Virus record (IMG/VR): IMGVR_UViG_3300033068_001989
Location: 96,001-160,000 of that record
Length of the DNA: 64,000 nt
Reading direction: 5' to 3' (one strand)
DNA from: a virus
Lineage: Duplodnaviria; Caudoviricetes
Shown here: piece after piece, positions 46,581 through 55,711 of the stretch
Position numbering within the stretch: the first letter of the stretch is position 1
Layout: each line of letters opens with the position of its first letter
Notes under the pieces: model-generated
What the model was told of the DNA's origin: nothing
What the model saw: the letters and a program-made list of their open reading frames with translations, nothing else
The model's database searches: none
Position numbers and translations under genes: made by a program

Positions 46581-47588
46581 TTAAGGTGTCACTGTGACGA
46601 AATTTATTTTTATTTTACTGGTTGATCCAGAAGCATTAGATGCAGTTAATGTAACAGTATAGTTACCAGCATAATTATAATAAACAACTGGATTCTGAGC
46701 TGTACTTCCTGTTGGAGAAGCAGAAGGACCAAAAACCCAATTCCAACCAGTAGGAGCAAATTGCCACGGAGAATTTGGAGAGGTATCTTTAAACGAAACA
46801 GCCGAACCAGTAGCGGTTATTAGATTATAGGTAGCCCCTGTTCCTGACGTAAAGTTTGTATAGGGTGGAGCTGGTATAGGTCCCTTTCTAGTAGTAACAC
46901 CATCAGGGGTACTATCAAAATCAGGATAACCCAGTGGTATATTATCAAGTCTACCTGGGGTTTTTTGTCTTATTATTGGTATTTCTGCATATCTCACCTG
47001 AAGTGGATAACCAGAATCATCACAATATTTAGGATGTTCAAAATATCCATTAAGATAATCAGATTCACTTATTGCAGTTATATTAGTGTAATGCAATCTA
47101 AGCATTTCAGAACAATCTTTAACAGTTGATTGACTTAATGTTTTTATGACAGCAAAGGATTTAATAGTATTACCTACAGTAGTTCTTTCTATATTTGGAT
47201 TATCATATATTATAAAAAAATAATTACTAGTCGAAACTTTAGAAATTATAGGAATATTTCTTGGAGAAACCGTAGTTGTTACATATTCTCTAGGTATATT
47301 ATTTCTTGGTGCAAGTAAACCGACACCAAATATTCCCATTTTTTTACTAGGTTCTGGTAATACCTCCATATCCTCTATAGAAACGGAATTTAATCCATCA
47401 ACCTTATTCTTTGTACTCTTTATAAGTACATCTTCCTGGGTTCTTGATGGCGGAATCTCAAAACTAGTAACAGGAACACTGATTAATTCAGGAATTTGAT
47501 CCTTGTTGCTTTTTATTAAAGCATTTTCCTGTTTAGGACTTAGTTCCTTTTTATCTGGATTTACCCTTATTGATTGTCTAGGTCTCAA
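46581..47588 (-). CDS. PKD (Ig-like) domain virion protein
   Basis: C-terminal VSFKDTS...WNWVFG...QNPVVYYNYAGNYTVTLTASNASG is a PKD domain. Confidence 0.75.
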   Translation of the reverse strand: MRPRQSIRVNPDKKELSPKQENALIKSNKDQIPELISVPVTSFEIPPSRTQEDVLIKSTKNKVDGLNSVSIEDMEVLPEPSKKMGIFGVGLLAPRNNIPREYVTTTVSPRNIPIISKVSTSNYFFIIYDNPNIERTTVGNTIKSFAVIKTLSQSTVKDCSEMLRLHYTNITAISESDYLNGYFEHPKYCDDSGYPLQVRYAEIPIIRQKTPGRLDNIPLGYPDFDSTPDGVTTRKGPIPAPPYTNFTSGTGATYNLITATGSAVSFKDTSPNSPWQFAPTGWNWVFGPSASPTGSTAQNPVVYYNYAGNYTVTLTASNASGSTSKIKINFVTVTP

Positions 47589-47627
47589 TTTAGTTTTTTT
47601 ATTCTATATATTCGATAGATCAACTTA

Positions 47628-49292
47628 TTAAAATTGATCTATCGTCATAGATGAAAAACTATTTGTTTTTTTAATGTCTATTTTCCAATCGAATATTTCA
47701 TGCGGCATAGGAGCATGATTTATAACAAATATATTAAGACCCATTTCCTTTGAATTCTTCTGAAGAACTCTTAGTATGGATGTAACACCATCAGGGTCAA
47801 CAGAACTAAATAATTCATCCAGAAAGAGAAGATTTATAGAGCTAAATTTTAATTTCATCAATTTCATTATAGCAATCAGTACGACAAAATCAACTTTTTT
47901 CATTTCACCAGTGCTTAGTGTTTGTACTGGTATTTCTATACCCATCTGATATATTGATGCTTTAAACTCATCGTCAAATATAACCTGATATTCCAAATGT
48001 AGGGATTCAAGTAAATCCATTATTTCGGAATTTAAGGATGGAAGTATCGTTTTTATTGCCATCTGCTTAACACCCTTTTCGCTAAGTATATCATCAAGAG
48101 TTTTTACCCATGCATTCTTTTCAGCAGATTTGAAAACGTCATTCTTTATTTTATCCCTATCAATCTCAAGATTCTTTATTATATTTTCCAATGATTTTAA
48201 TTGCCCATCATTTTTTTTATTATTGAGCAATTCTATATCACGAATAATATCCCTTATTCTCTGAGATATCTTGGTATTTTTTTCCTGCAGATCAGATTTT
48301 ATAACTTTCATCTCAGATTCTTTATTTTTAAGATTAGTTATAACAACCTCTGACTCATCTAATTTAGAAACAGATTCACTTAATTCATTCTCCATGGATT
48401 CTTTCTTATGTAAATGAAATCCACCACTTAAAGAGCCTTCACATGTTGGACATAAATCGGATTCGTATAGTTTTAATCTACGATTAAGTGAATCAATATT
48501 ACCTCTTATCTCCAAAAGTTCTTTAGTTGATTTATACAAAAGGTCCGCTAATTTTGTTTCCTCTTCCTTAAAATTATTTATCTTGGTCGTGTGTAATTCC
48601 TGTAGTTTTTTAAATGATTCAAGCGATTTATTTAGTTCGCTCATCTCATTTTTTATATCCTCTTCCATCTGATTTAATAATGTCTCCATCTCCTCGGACG
48701 ATCTTGAAATAGCAGATTCTGTTGTTGATAAGCTTCCAGAAAGTGTATCTAGAGATTCCTTTATCTTTTTGATCTCTCCCTTTAATAATTCCCTCATCTG
48801 ATTCAATATATTAAACCCAAATATTTTATCGATGATTGCTCTTTTATCCTGAGGTGACATTTTTATAAAAGATTTGAAATCATTTATTGATAATGATATA
48901 GTGTTATTAAATACGTAATATGGTATTCCTATAAGATCATCAACAAGATAAGATTGTACGTTACTATTTCCTGCCTGATCGTAAGGAATCCCATTTATAG
49001 ATAATGAGAAAACAGATGGCTCGAGACCTCTCTCGACCGTAATTATCTTTCCGTTATTCTCGAATTCTATTTTAACCCATGCATGACCATTTATTCTATT
49101 AGGAATATCACCTAATTTCTTACCTTCAACCTTCCCATATAAAGCAAATGCAATAACTTGGGATATTGTAGTCTTTCCTGCACCATTCTCCCCAACTATC
49201 TGAAAAAGACAAGCTTCGTTTGGGAATTCCAAAGTCTGTAATCTATTCCCATATGATGAGAAATTTCTCCATTCAATTTTTAATATTTTCAT
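47628..49292 (-). CDS. gp46: Recombination endonuclease ATPase subunit (gp46/Rad50/SbcC)
   Basis: NFSSYG, GENGAGKTT, CPTC zinc hook, LSTGE signature, LFLDE, INH. Confidence 0.93.
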   Translation of the reverse strand: MKILKIEWRNFSSYGNRLQTLEFPNEACLFQIVGENGAGKTTISQVIAFALYGKVEGKKLGDIPNRINGHAWVKIEFENNGKIITVERGLEPSVFSLSINGIPYDQAGNSNVQSYLVDDLIGIPYYVFNNTISLSINDFKSFIKMSPQDKRAIIDKIFGFNILNQMRELLKGEIKKIKESLDTLSGSLSTTESAISRSSEEMETLLNQMEEDIKNEMSELNKSLESFKKLQELHTTKINNFKEEETKLADLLYKSTKELLEIRGNIDSLNRRLKLYESDLCPTCEGSLSGGFHLHKKESMENELSESVSKLDESEVVITNLKNKESEMKVIKSDLQEKNTKISQRIRDIIRDIELLNNKKNDGQLKSLENIIKNLEIDRDKIKNDVFKSAEKNAWVKTLDDILSEKGVKQMAIKTILPSLNSEIMDLLESLHLEYQVIFDDEFKASIYQMGIEIPVQTLSTGEMKKVDFVVLIAIMKLMKLKFSSINLLFLDELFSSVDPDGVTSILRVLQKNSKEMGLNIFVINHAPMPHEIFDWKIDIKKTNSFSSMTIDQF

Positions 49293-50410
49293 TATAACTT
49301 TTTCTCTTGTTCCTGATTTATTACTATATTATGGAGCTTAAATAAGCTTGAAATTATTTTTTCTTTAGTTTCGTCAACAACATCCATAGATTCTACGTAC
49401 GATCTTATAAAATCCAGAACATTGAATTGTCCATTACCCTCAGATTCGATCATCTGGTCGGTTAGTGTCGTACTTTTTCCAGGATCGTATGGATGGAATT
49501 TAAGAAATCTCTGAGTAGTTATCATATCAGTAAGCATACTAAGAGGAGCCTTTAAAGCCATTGTTGGGTCGATCATAATATCAACAAAATTATTCCTGAA
49601 TTTAGGCTCAAGTTCATCTGGCGTTGATTCTAGTATATCAGCAAAATAGAATTTCTTAAATCTAGGGGAAAATGTATTGGGATAAATCGTTTCTTCCATA
49701 TCAGAAAGATCCAAAAGAGTTATCGATTTCTGATTATCCATATCCGATCTAGTCAACTCGTAAGGAGATCCTAGCATAGTTATGTTATCATGTTTCTGAG
49801 CATAATGTATATGGCCAGAATAAACTTTAGTAAACTTCTTAAATTTACTAATATCCGCACCAGATTCGACATTAACAAACCTATTGAATTTCAATCCTCT
49901 TATATCGGCATGACAACATAAGACATCGTGAGGTTCTATGAGATCAAGCGTTTCCGCCTCTGTGTTATGATCCTTCCTCCATGGCATTAGGAAAAAATCT
50001 TTATCCATCAATTTAAGAGTAACAGGATCCTCAAATATATTTATTCCAGGTATCCATTTTATTGACTTGAGTGAATTGACATCGTTTGTGTTCTTACCAA
50101 ATATGTCATGATTTCCTATTATTACATATACACCATCAACAAAGATTGAAGATAGTTCTTCAGCAATAGATATACCAAGATTAAGTACCTTTAGGTTTAT
50201 ACTTTGTCGAGAATCAAAAAAATCGCCAAGATGAATAAGTACATCACCTGGCTTATAATTTTTTCTTACTAAAGGAAAAAACCAATCAAAGAAATACTCC
50301 CTTGTTTGGTCTATCCATTCATTTGAATTGTTTCTTACACCTAAATGAGTATCCGTTATAAACCAAACTCTCCGTGCTTTATCGTTTACTAATTTTAAGG
50401 GCTCATTCAT
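49292..50410 (-). CDS. gp47: Recombination endonuclease nuclease subunit (gp47/Mre11/SbcD)
   Basis: TDTHLG, GDFFD, GNHD, SGHIH, GSPY metallophosphoesterase motifs. Confidence 0.93.
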   Translation of the reverse strand: MNEPLKLVNDKARRVWFITDTHLGVRNNSNEWIDQTREYFFDWFFPLVRKNYKPGDVLIHLGDFFDSRQSINLKVLNLGISIAEELSSIFVDGVYVIIGNHDIFGKNTNDVNSLKSIKWIPGINIFEDPVTLKLMDKDFFLMPWRKDHNTEAETLDLIEPHDVLCCHADIRGLKFNRFVNVESGADISKFKKFTKVYSGHIHYAQKHDNITMLGSPYELTRSDMDNQKSITLLDLSDMEETIYPNTFSPRFKKFYFADILESTPDELEPKFRNNFVDIMIDPTMALKAPLSMLTDMITTQRFLKFHPYDPGKSTTLTDQMIESEGNGQFNVLDFIRSYVESMDVVDETKEKIISSLFKLHNIVINQEQEKKL

Positions 50411-50411
50411 A

Positions 50412-50900
50412 CTAAAACAATTTTCTAATTTTTCTTTTTGACAAAATGCTATATTTTATTTCTAGCTCATTTATGATCATCTCCTTGTATTTTATGGGAG
50501 TTATCTCATATGCTTTGGCGTATGGTATTTGTACATAATCACATATAGAAACAAATTTTTCAGAAAATGAATATTCAGTATCCTCTAATTTTTCAAGTAT
50601 CTCCTGAAATAGATGCGGAACCAAATCCTTCGGTATCTTTTTTTTGTAACTCAAAGGAAACCATCTAGAAGTTTGGAATGCCTCATATACGAGCTCTTCC
50701 AGTTTCTTACGATGAAGATATTCCTCTTCGTCGTACGTTTCACTTAATATGTTATGGCTTTGATCTATATCAAAACTATCATTATAATCGTTATCCTTAG
50801 TGGGATTATTATGTGCTCCAAATATCTTATCACCAAGCTGTTTTTTTGCAACTTCCGGAGTTCCATTTTCGTTTTCCGGAGTTTCTTGGGTTTCTTCCAT
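50412..50900 (-). CDS. Hypothetical protein, possibly gp33-like late transcription co-activator
   Basis: C-terminal FVSICDY..I.......I..KYKEMI..E...IL...KLF loosely matches the gp33 helical pattern. Confidence 0.35.
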   Translation of the reverse strand: MEETQETPENENGTPEVAKKQLGDKIFGAHNNPTKDNDYNDSFDIDQSHNILSETYDEEEYLHRKKLEELVYEAFQTSRWFPLSYKKKIPKDLVPHLFQEILEKLEDTEYSFSEKFVSICDYVQIPYAKAYEITPIKYKEMIINELEIKYSILSKRKIRKLF

Positions 50901-50916
50901 TTTTTAATGGTTATTT

Positions 50917-52215
50917 TTACTCTACGTGCATAGGTACATTAACGTCCTCAGTAATTCTCATATACTTGTAATCAACGCTAAATACCTTGTAGGCATTTTT
51001 ATAGCCATCATCTCTATTTGCTAATATTTTTAATTTATATTCCTTATTAGCATACATTATTGGATCTTGAATTATACCGAACATTCCGTCAACGGTAGCA
51101 ACAAGACCTGATGATTCAGCTGCTGAGTTTATACTTAAATCAGAAGCATCAAAGTCACCTTGTTTGGTTTGTGTAGCAGTAATAATAGACCAATTGTTTT
51201 GCATGGCCATACCCCTTAAATCCTCAGCAATTTGTTTTATCTTCATGTAGGTATTCTCAGAATTTGCATTCCTCCAATTCTTCATAATATTAATATAATC
51301 AACCACAATAACCTTAAATTTAATACCTTTAATTTCCTCCATCTTTTTGAGATATCTCTCAATGTCATTAACAGATGCTTGTGAAGTTGGAAACTCCTTA
51401 ATTGCTAAATGACCAGGGACCTTCAGATTGTCATACATCATAGATCCCAATTTTTTCTTCATTGCTTGTTCATCATCAGCAATTTTATTATATTCAGAGA
51501 CAGGGACACCTAATATATTTGCACCCATTCTCTTAACGTATTTTCTGTCACTCATTTCAAGAGATAATACTGCAACATTATGTCCAGTTTTAACTGCCTG
51601 TGCTGCTATATTACCAAGCCATAACGATTTACCAACTTTTGGCATTCCCATAAAAACATATAATGCCTTGGCAGAAAATCCTCCACCCAGGACAGTATCA
51701 ATAAAAGGAAATCCACTAGAGAATGTATTCTGTGTTAATTGCTTATGGTTCTCAGGATTAAAGAAATCTAACCCTTCATCGAAGCTGAAATTTATACTGT
51801 TTCTTTCAACTATAATATTCTTAAAAGTGTCAATAACAGTCTTAATATTCTCTGATGAAACTGGGGTTGATTGTATATACTTAAGACCATCAACCGCAGA
51901 TTTAGTTAGATTCTTATATTCAACAAAGAATTCAGTTGTTTCTTTTAACCATGCATCCTCGTATTTTGAAAGGTCTATACCATATATGGATCTTATCTCA
52001 GAGTGATCCACTAGATTACCACCCTTCATTTTAAAGGATTCTATCATTTGCTCAGCTGATGGCATTTCGTGATATTTCTCCCAAAATTCCTTAACACCAG
52101 AAAATATTAAACCTAACGATTCATTCTTAAAGAAATCAGATTTGCAGGTATCAAGATAAGGTGAATTTTGGAGTATATACCTAAGTATTACGTTCTCTGA
52201 GTGTGTTAAATCCAT
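50917..52215 (-). CDS. gp41: Replicative DnaB-like helicase (gp41)
   Basis: GMPKVGKS, SLEMS, IKEFPT, VDYINI, IAEDLRG, TATQ, AES. Confidence 0.93.
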   Translation of the reverse strand: MDLTHSENVILRYILQNSPYLDTCKSDFFKNESLGLIFSGVKEFWEKYHEMPSAEQMIESFKMKGGNLVDHSEIRSIYGIDLSKYEDAWLKETTEFFVEYKNLTKSAVDGLKYIQSTPVSSENIKTVIDTFKNIIVERNSINFSFDEGLDFFNPENHKQLTQNTFSSGFPFIDTVLGGGFSAKALYVFMGMPKVGKSLWLGNIAAQAVKTGHNVAVLSLEMSDRKYVKRMGANILGVPVSEYNKIADDEQAMKKKLGSMMYDNLKVPGHLAIKEFPTSQASVNDIERYLKKMEEIKGIKFKVIVVDYINIMKNWRNANSENTYMKIKQIAEDLRGMAMQNNWSIITATQTKQGDFDASDLSINSAAESSGLVATVDGMFGIIQDPIMYANKEYKLKILANRDDGYKNAYKVFSVDYKYMRITEDVNVPMHVE

Positions 52216-52220
52216 TTTTT

Positions 52221-52520
52221 TTAATTTTTATAATAAGGGTTATTATTAATCCTATACCATATCTTACTTGCGGTGCTTTTTTTTGTTTCTATAAAATCTC
52301 CATCATCGATCATTTTTTTAATAATCGCTCCATGAGATTCGCTTTCCCACCTTGGGCCAAATATTGAATTGAATGTTTGCGGTGAGAATTCACCATTGGG
52401 TCTTTTATCCTTAAGAAGATATAGACTAATTTCATAGACTATATCTTCCTTAGTTGGGTAATTAGGAAGAGTCTTCCAAACGCCCATGATATATTTGAAT
52501 TTTATGTTATTCTTCTCCAT
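52221..52520 (-). CDS. Hypothetical protein between uvsX and helicase
   Basis: Likely start MEKNNIK at 52520; occupies the position of T4 gene 40 but shows no recognisable similarity. Confidence 0.55.
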   Translation of the reverse strand: MEKNNIKFKYIMGVWKTLPNYPTKEDIVYEISLYLLKDKRPNGEFSPQTFNSIFGPRWESESHGAIIKKMIDDGDFIETKKSTASKIWYRINNNPYYKN

Positions 52521-53706
52521 TCTCTTCACCAGCTTCTTCGTCAAGTTCATCACTTAGTGAACCTAGTAATTCTGAGTGATCCGCAAGATCTGGAAATTTA
52601 AACTTGTTCTGTATGACATTATTATCAAGCATTTCCAAAACCTCCTGAGTGAAAACTTTATCAGTAAACAATTCAGTAGAAGCTACCGTTTTACCTAGAT
52701 GTTTAACTCCCCATCTTGTTGACGAAGCACTAGGTTTAAAAACTTGTTCTTTTTTTCCATCTGCATTTTTTACTTCCTCGAATTTACCTCTTTCTATTCC
52801 ACAAGCTTCCCAAGAAACATAATCCTGTAAACCAACATAAGGATTCATACCATTAGAAAAGGAGATGTGAAATTTTATAGGTTCTGGGATAGTAAATCTA
52901 CTTTTCTTAAGTGTTGATGTACAAACGATACCGGTTTTTGTACCAGCACCATCCTTTAATTGAGCCTTAGATAAGAAAGCAACAACCGACATAGCAAATA
53001 TTGGTCCATCACCACCAGAACTTTCCTTCGTCGGAATATAAGCTCCACCTCCAGCATAAACGTGATTGGTACAGATCAATGGTACTTTAGCAGCAGTAAG
53101 ATCAAGTGTTATGACACGAAATAATTTTCTAAGCTCTTTGGCTTTAGCACCCATATCGGAAGCATTGTGTCCTTTCATCGCATCAGAAAGTTCCTTATCT
53201 GTACTTAACATACCTAAAGAGTCAAGAACTATAAGAATTTTTGGTGCTTCTCCATTCGCTTTTGCCTTCTTGACCATATCAAGAACATTAGAAACAAATG
53301 TTTGGAATTGAGAAACCGTCTGTATAGGCTGATATCTAATTTTATTCATATCAATACCAAATTTAACAGCCCCAGATTTATCTATCGCTCCTTCGGTATC
53401 ACAATAGATAACGTCATAACCAATTTTTTGGGCCTCTCTAACAACATTTAGACAGAAGAATGATTTCCCTGTACCAGGATCACCCATAACTCCGAAGGAC
53501 CTTGAATTAGGTACACCTCCAAATAACGAGCCGGAAATTTGTGCATTTAGTAGATAGTTACCTGTAGGTATCCATTCATCAACCTCACTAAAAGTATTTG
53601 TTGCTAGAATAGAACCAGTTTCAAATCCTGATATTTTGGATAATGCTTTGTCCATGTTCATAAAAGAGAAACCGGACGATGTTTTTGTTGTTTGCGTTTT
53701 AGCCAT
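52507..53706 (-). CDS. uvsX: RecA-like recombinase UvsX
   Basis: PTGNYLLN, GDPGTGKS, CDTE, LDSLG, TNHVY, SGG, KSRF. Confidence 0.93.
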   Translation of the reverse strand: MAKTQTTKTSSGFSFMNMDKALSKISGFETGSILATNTFSEVDEWIPTGNYLLNAQISGSLFGGVPNSRSFGVMGDPGTGKSFFCLNVVREAQKIGYDVIYCDTEGAIDKSGAVKFGIDMNKIRYQPIQTVSQFQTFVSNVLDMVKKAKANGEAPKILIVLDSLGMLSTDKELSDAMKGHNASDMGAKAKELRKLFRVITLDLTAAKVPLICTNHVYAGGGAYIPTKESSGGDGPIFAMSVVAFLSKAQLKDGAGTKTGIVCTSTLKKSRFTIPEPIKFHISFSNGMNPYVGLQDYVSWEACGIERGKFEEVKNADGKKEQVFKPSASSTRWGVKHLGKTVASTELFTDKVFTQEVLEMLDNNVIQNKFKFPDLADHSELLGSLSDELDEEAGEENGEE

Positions 53707-53729
53707 ATTAAATTAATATTTTTGTCTAT

Positions 53730-53759
53730 TATAATATGGTAAATCCCATGGTTTGTTTC
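53730..53759 (-). promoter_or_regulatory. Putative ECF/middle-type promoter GAAAC-N18-TATTATA
   Basis: Upstream of the uvsX-41-47-46 operon. Confidence 0.5.
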
Positions 53760-53903
53760 TTTTTTAAATGAATTATTAAGATTTGGGTATCTTATTCTAT
53801 TTAAAAATTGGGGGGTAGTAATAAGTTTATATATAATTAAAGTTTGGGCTCTTAGTTGTACTAGATAGATAATAGATTCTTCGCCGGGGTAATTAAGATA
53901 ATT

Positions 53904-53932
53904 ATCTTATCCGACATTTTGGATTTTGTTTC
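53904..53932 (-). promoter_or_regulatory. Putative ECF/middle-type promoter GAAAC-N18-TAAGAT
   Basis: Second copy in the 260-bp intergenic region. Confidence 0.4.
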
Positions 53933-53968
53933 CGATTTTTTAGCCTTTAACGAAACTTTAACGATTTA

Positions 53969-54982
53969 TTATATTTTTGGTGCTTTTATTAGCTCCTTTA
54001 TCTTTTTTTGATTTTTTATTATTGAATCCGCATCTTTCTGTAGCTCCTTAAAACTTTTTTTATCCTTGATGTTATATTTTTTCTTCGTTGAAGAGCTTAC
54101 TACAGTTGCAGCTTCTTCCGCGCACGGGTCGTCTTTCTCTGACCATATATCCTCATCAGATGTTTCTATCTGCAATTTTCTTAGATTCTCTCTAAATTTT
54201 CTAACTGCTTCTGGTACTTGTTTTGACGGTTCAGCTTCTCTATCTATTAATATCATAGATTCAGCTTCACTTCCTGGTTTATATTTTACAGCTTCTGATC
54301 CCTTTTTTCCATTAATAACACCTTCTATAGCATCGAGTCCTCTTTTCACTACCTTATCCATATCCTTCTGTGCTATCTCAAAATCTCTCATCTCTGCATT
54401 TTTAATTTCGACGAGTACTTCTATTGCTTTAGCTACTAGATCATTACCAGTTGATAAATATTCATTAGATTCGAATCCCTCGTTGTTCTTTCCTAAAAAT
54501 TCTCTAACCCAAGTATCGAGTGCTCCTCCGCCGCCTCTTTGTATTATCTTATCTAGTTTATCTGATATTTCATCTAGCTGTTTTTTTCTTCCCTCCTCTA
54601 ATCCTCCATTTTTTTCATATTTGAATTTATTTGTCATCTCCTGCTCACCTGCTTCAGAAATTATAGACTGTACTGTTTTTATAGATTGCTGTAGAAATGT
54701 TATCATTTCTGCACCAGATTCCTTAGCTCTTTTATATAGATCAGTACCTTGCAAACTTCTGAGAACGCTATCTATTGTATTTGCAGCATCAAAAATTGCA
54801 GTTTGTAATATCTCGGCTCTGTATAATTGATCTTGTACCTGTGTATTATATGCTGGCTTTTCTCCTTTATCTAATACCGTACCCGACATTGCTCCTTGTC
54901 CAACTCCGCTAGCCCACTGTCTTGCTTGATTTAACCAAGATCCGAAGCTCTCATTTATTATTTTATTTCTAGTATCCGACAT
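53969..54982 (-). CDS. Helical putative internal head protein
   Basis: 337 aa; N-terminal IINE site; late operon. Confidence 0.5.
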   Translation of the reverse strand: MSDTRNKIINESFGSWLNQARQWASGVGQGAMSGTVLDKGEKPAYNTQVQDQLYRAEILQTAIFDAANTIDSVLRSLQGTDLYKRAKESGAEMITFLQQSIKTVQSIISEAGEQEMTNKFKYEKNGGLEEGRKKQLDEISDKLDKIIQRGGGGALDTWVREFLGKNNEGFESNEYLSTGNDLVAKAIEVLVEIKNAEMRDFEIAQKDMDKVVKRGLDAIEGVINGKKGSEAVKYKPGSEAESMILIDREAEPSKQVPEAVRKFRENLRKLQIETSDEDIWSEKDDPCAEEAATVVSSSTKKKYNIKDKKSFKELQKDADSIIKNQKKIKELIKAPKI

Positions 54983-55711
54983 TTAATTTTTACCTAGTAT
55001 ATTTTTAGCTTCCTTAGTTATTATTTCAAGATATCTTTTACCTGATTTGCTATTTTCTTTCTCTTCAGATTCAGATTCCATATTTTGTAGACAAACAATA
55101 GCACCTTTTTTATAAACCTTTACTGCTTGCATATAATAATCCAAAGCTTTTCCTATCTTCATGAAATATAGTGAATTTGATTTAGTTAGTTTGGAATTTG
55201 CTTCGAGTCTTATTTCTTTAGCCTGCTCCTCGTACTGAGTATCACTTATTTTTTTGGTGTTTCTCTGTTGATCCAAATCCGTTATACTTTTTCTGAACGC
55301 ATCTAGAACCAATCCCTCCTGATCAAATGCATTTATTGACGATAGTTCACCTTTGCTTGCATTTTGCCAATCCCCACCTAGATAATCACTTATTTTTTCA
55401 ATTTCGTCCCATAGTTTTCTATGTGATTCGTATGTAGGTTTAACGTTTCCTGATATTGCAGTTATTCTATTAATACTAGTGTTTCCCTTATCTGGATTTA
55501 TAGGTGCTAAGTTAGTAGACATACTCTTGAGAACTGATGCTGCTTGAGTTAGAAATATAGTATACAATCCGGCCGAGTCATCACCTGTGTCCTGTTTAGG
55601 TATATTCATATTATCCCTATAAGTATCACCAGTTTTTGATGGCGTGTTTTGCTCTACTGGATCTCCTTTTTTCTCGTAGATTCTAAAATCGTGAAATTTC
55701 TTTATTTCCAT
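54983..55711 (-). CDS. Helical putative internal head protein
   Basis: 242 aa; N-terminus MEIKKFHDFRIYE is CTS-like. Confidence 0.5.
   Translation of the reverse strand: MEIKKFHDFRIYEKKGDPVEQNTPSKTGDTYRDNMNIPKQDTGDDSAGLYTIFLTQAASVLKSMSTNLAPINPDKGNTSINRITAISGNVKPTYESHRKLWDEIEKISDYLGGDWQNASKGELSSINAFDQEGLVLDAFRKSITDLDQQRNTKKISDTQYEEQAKEIRLEANSKLTKSNSLYFMKIGKALDYYMQAVKVYKKGAIVCLQNMESESEEKENSKSGKRYLEIITKEAKNILGKN

Noticed and set aside
39994-53706. Inteins, introns or homing endonucleases in TerL, helicase, UvsX or gp46
   Set aside because: Protein lengths are normal, with no intein splice motifs or LAGLIDADG/HNH/GIY-YIG ORFs seen.
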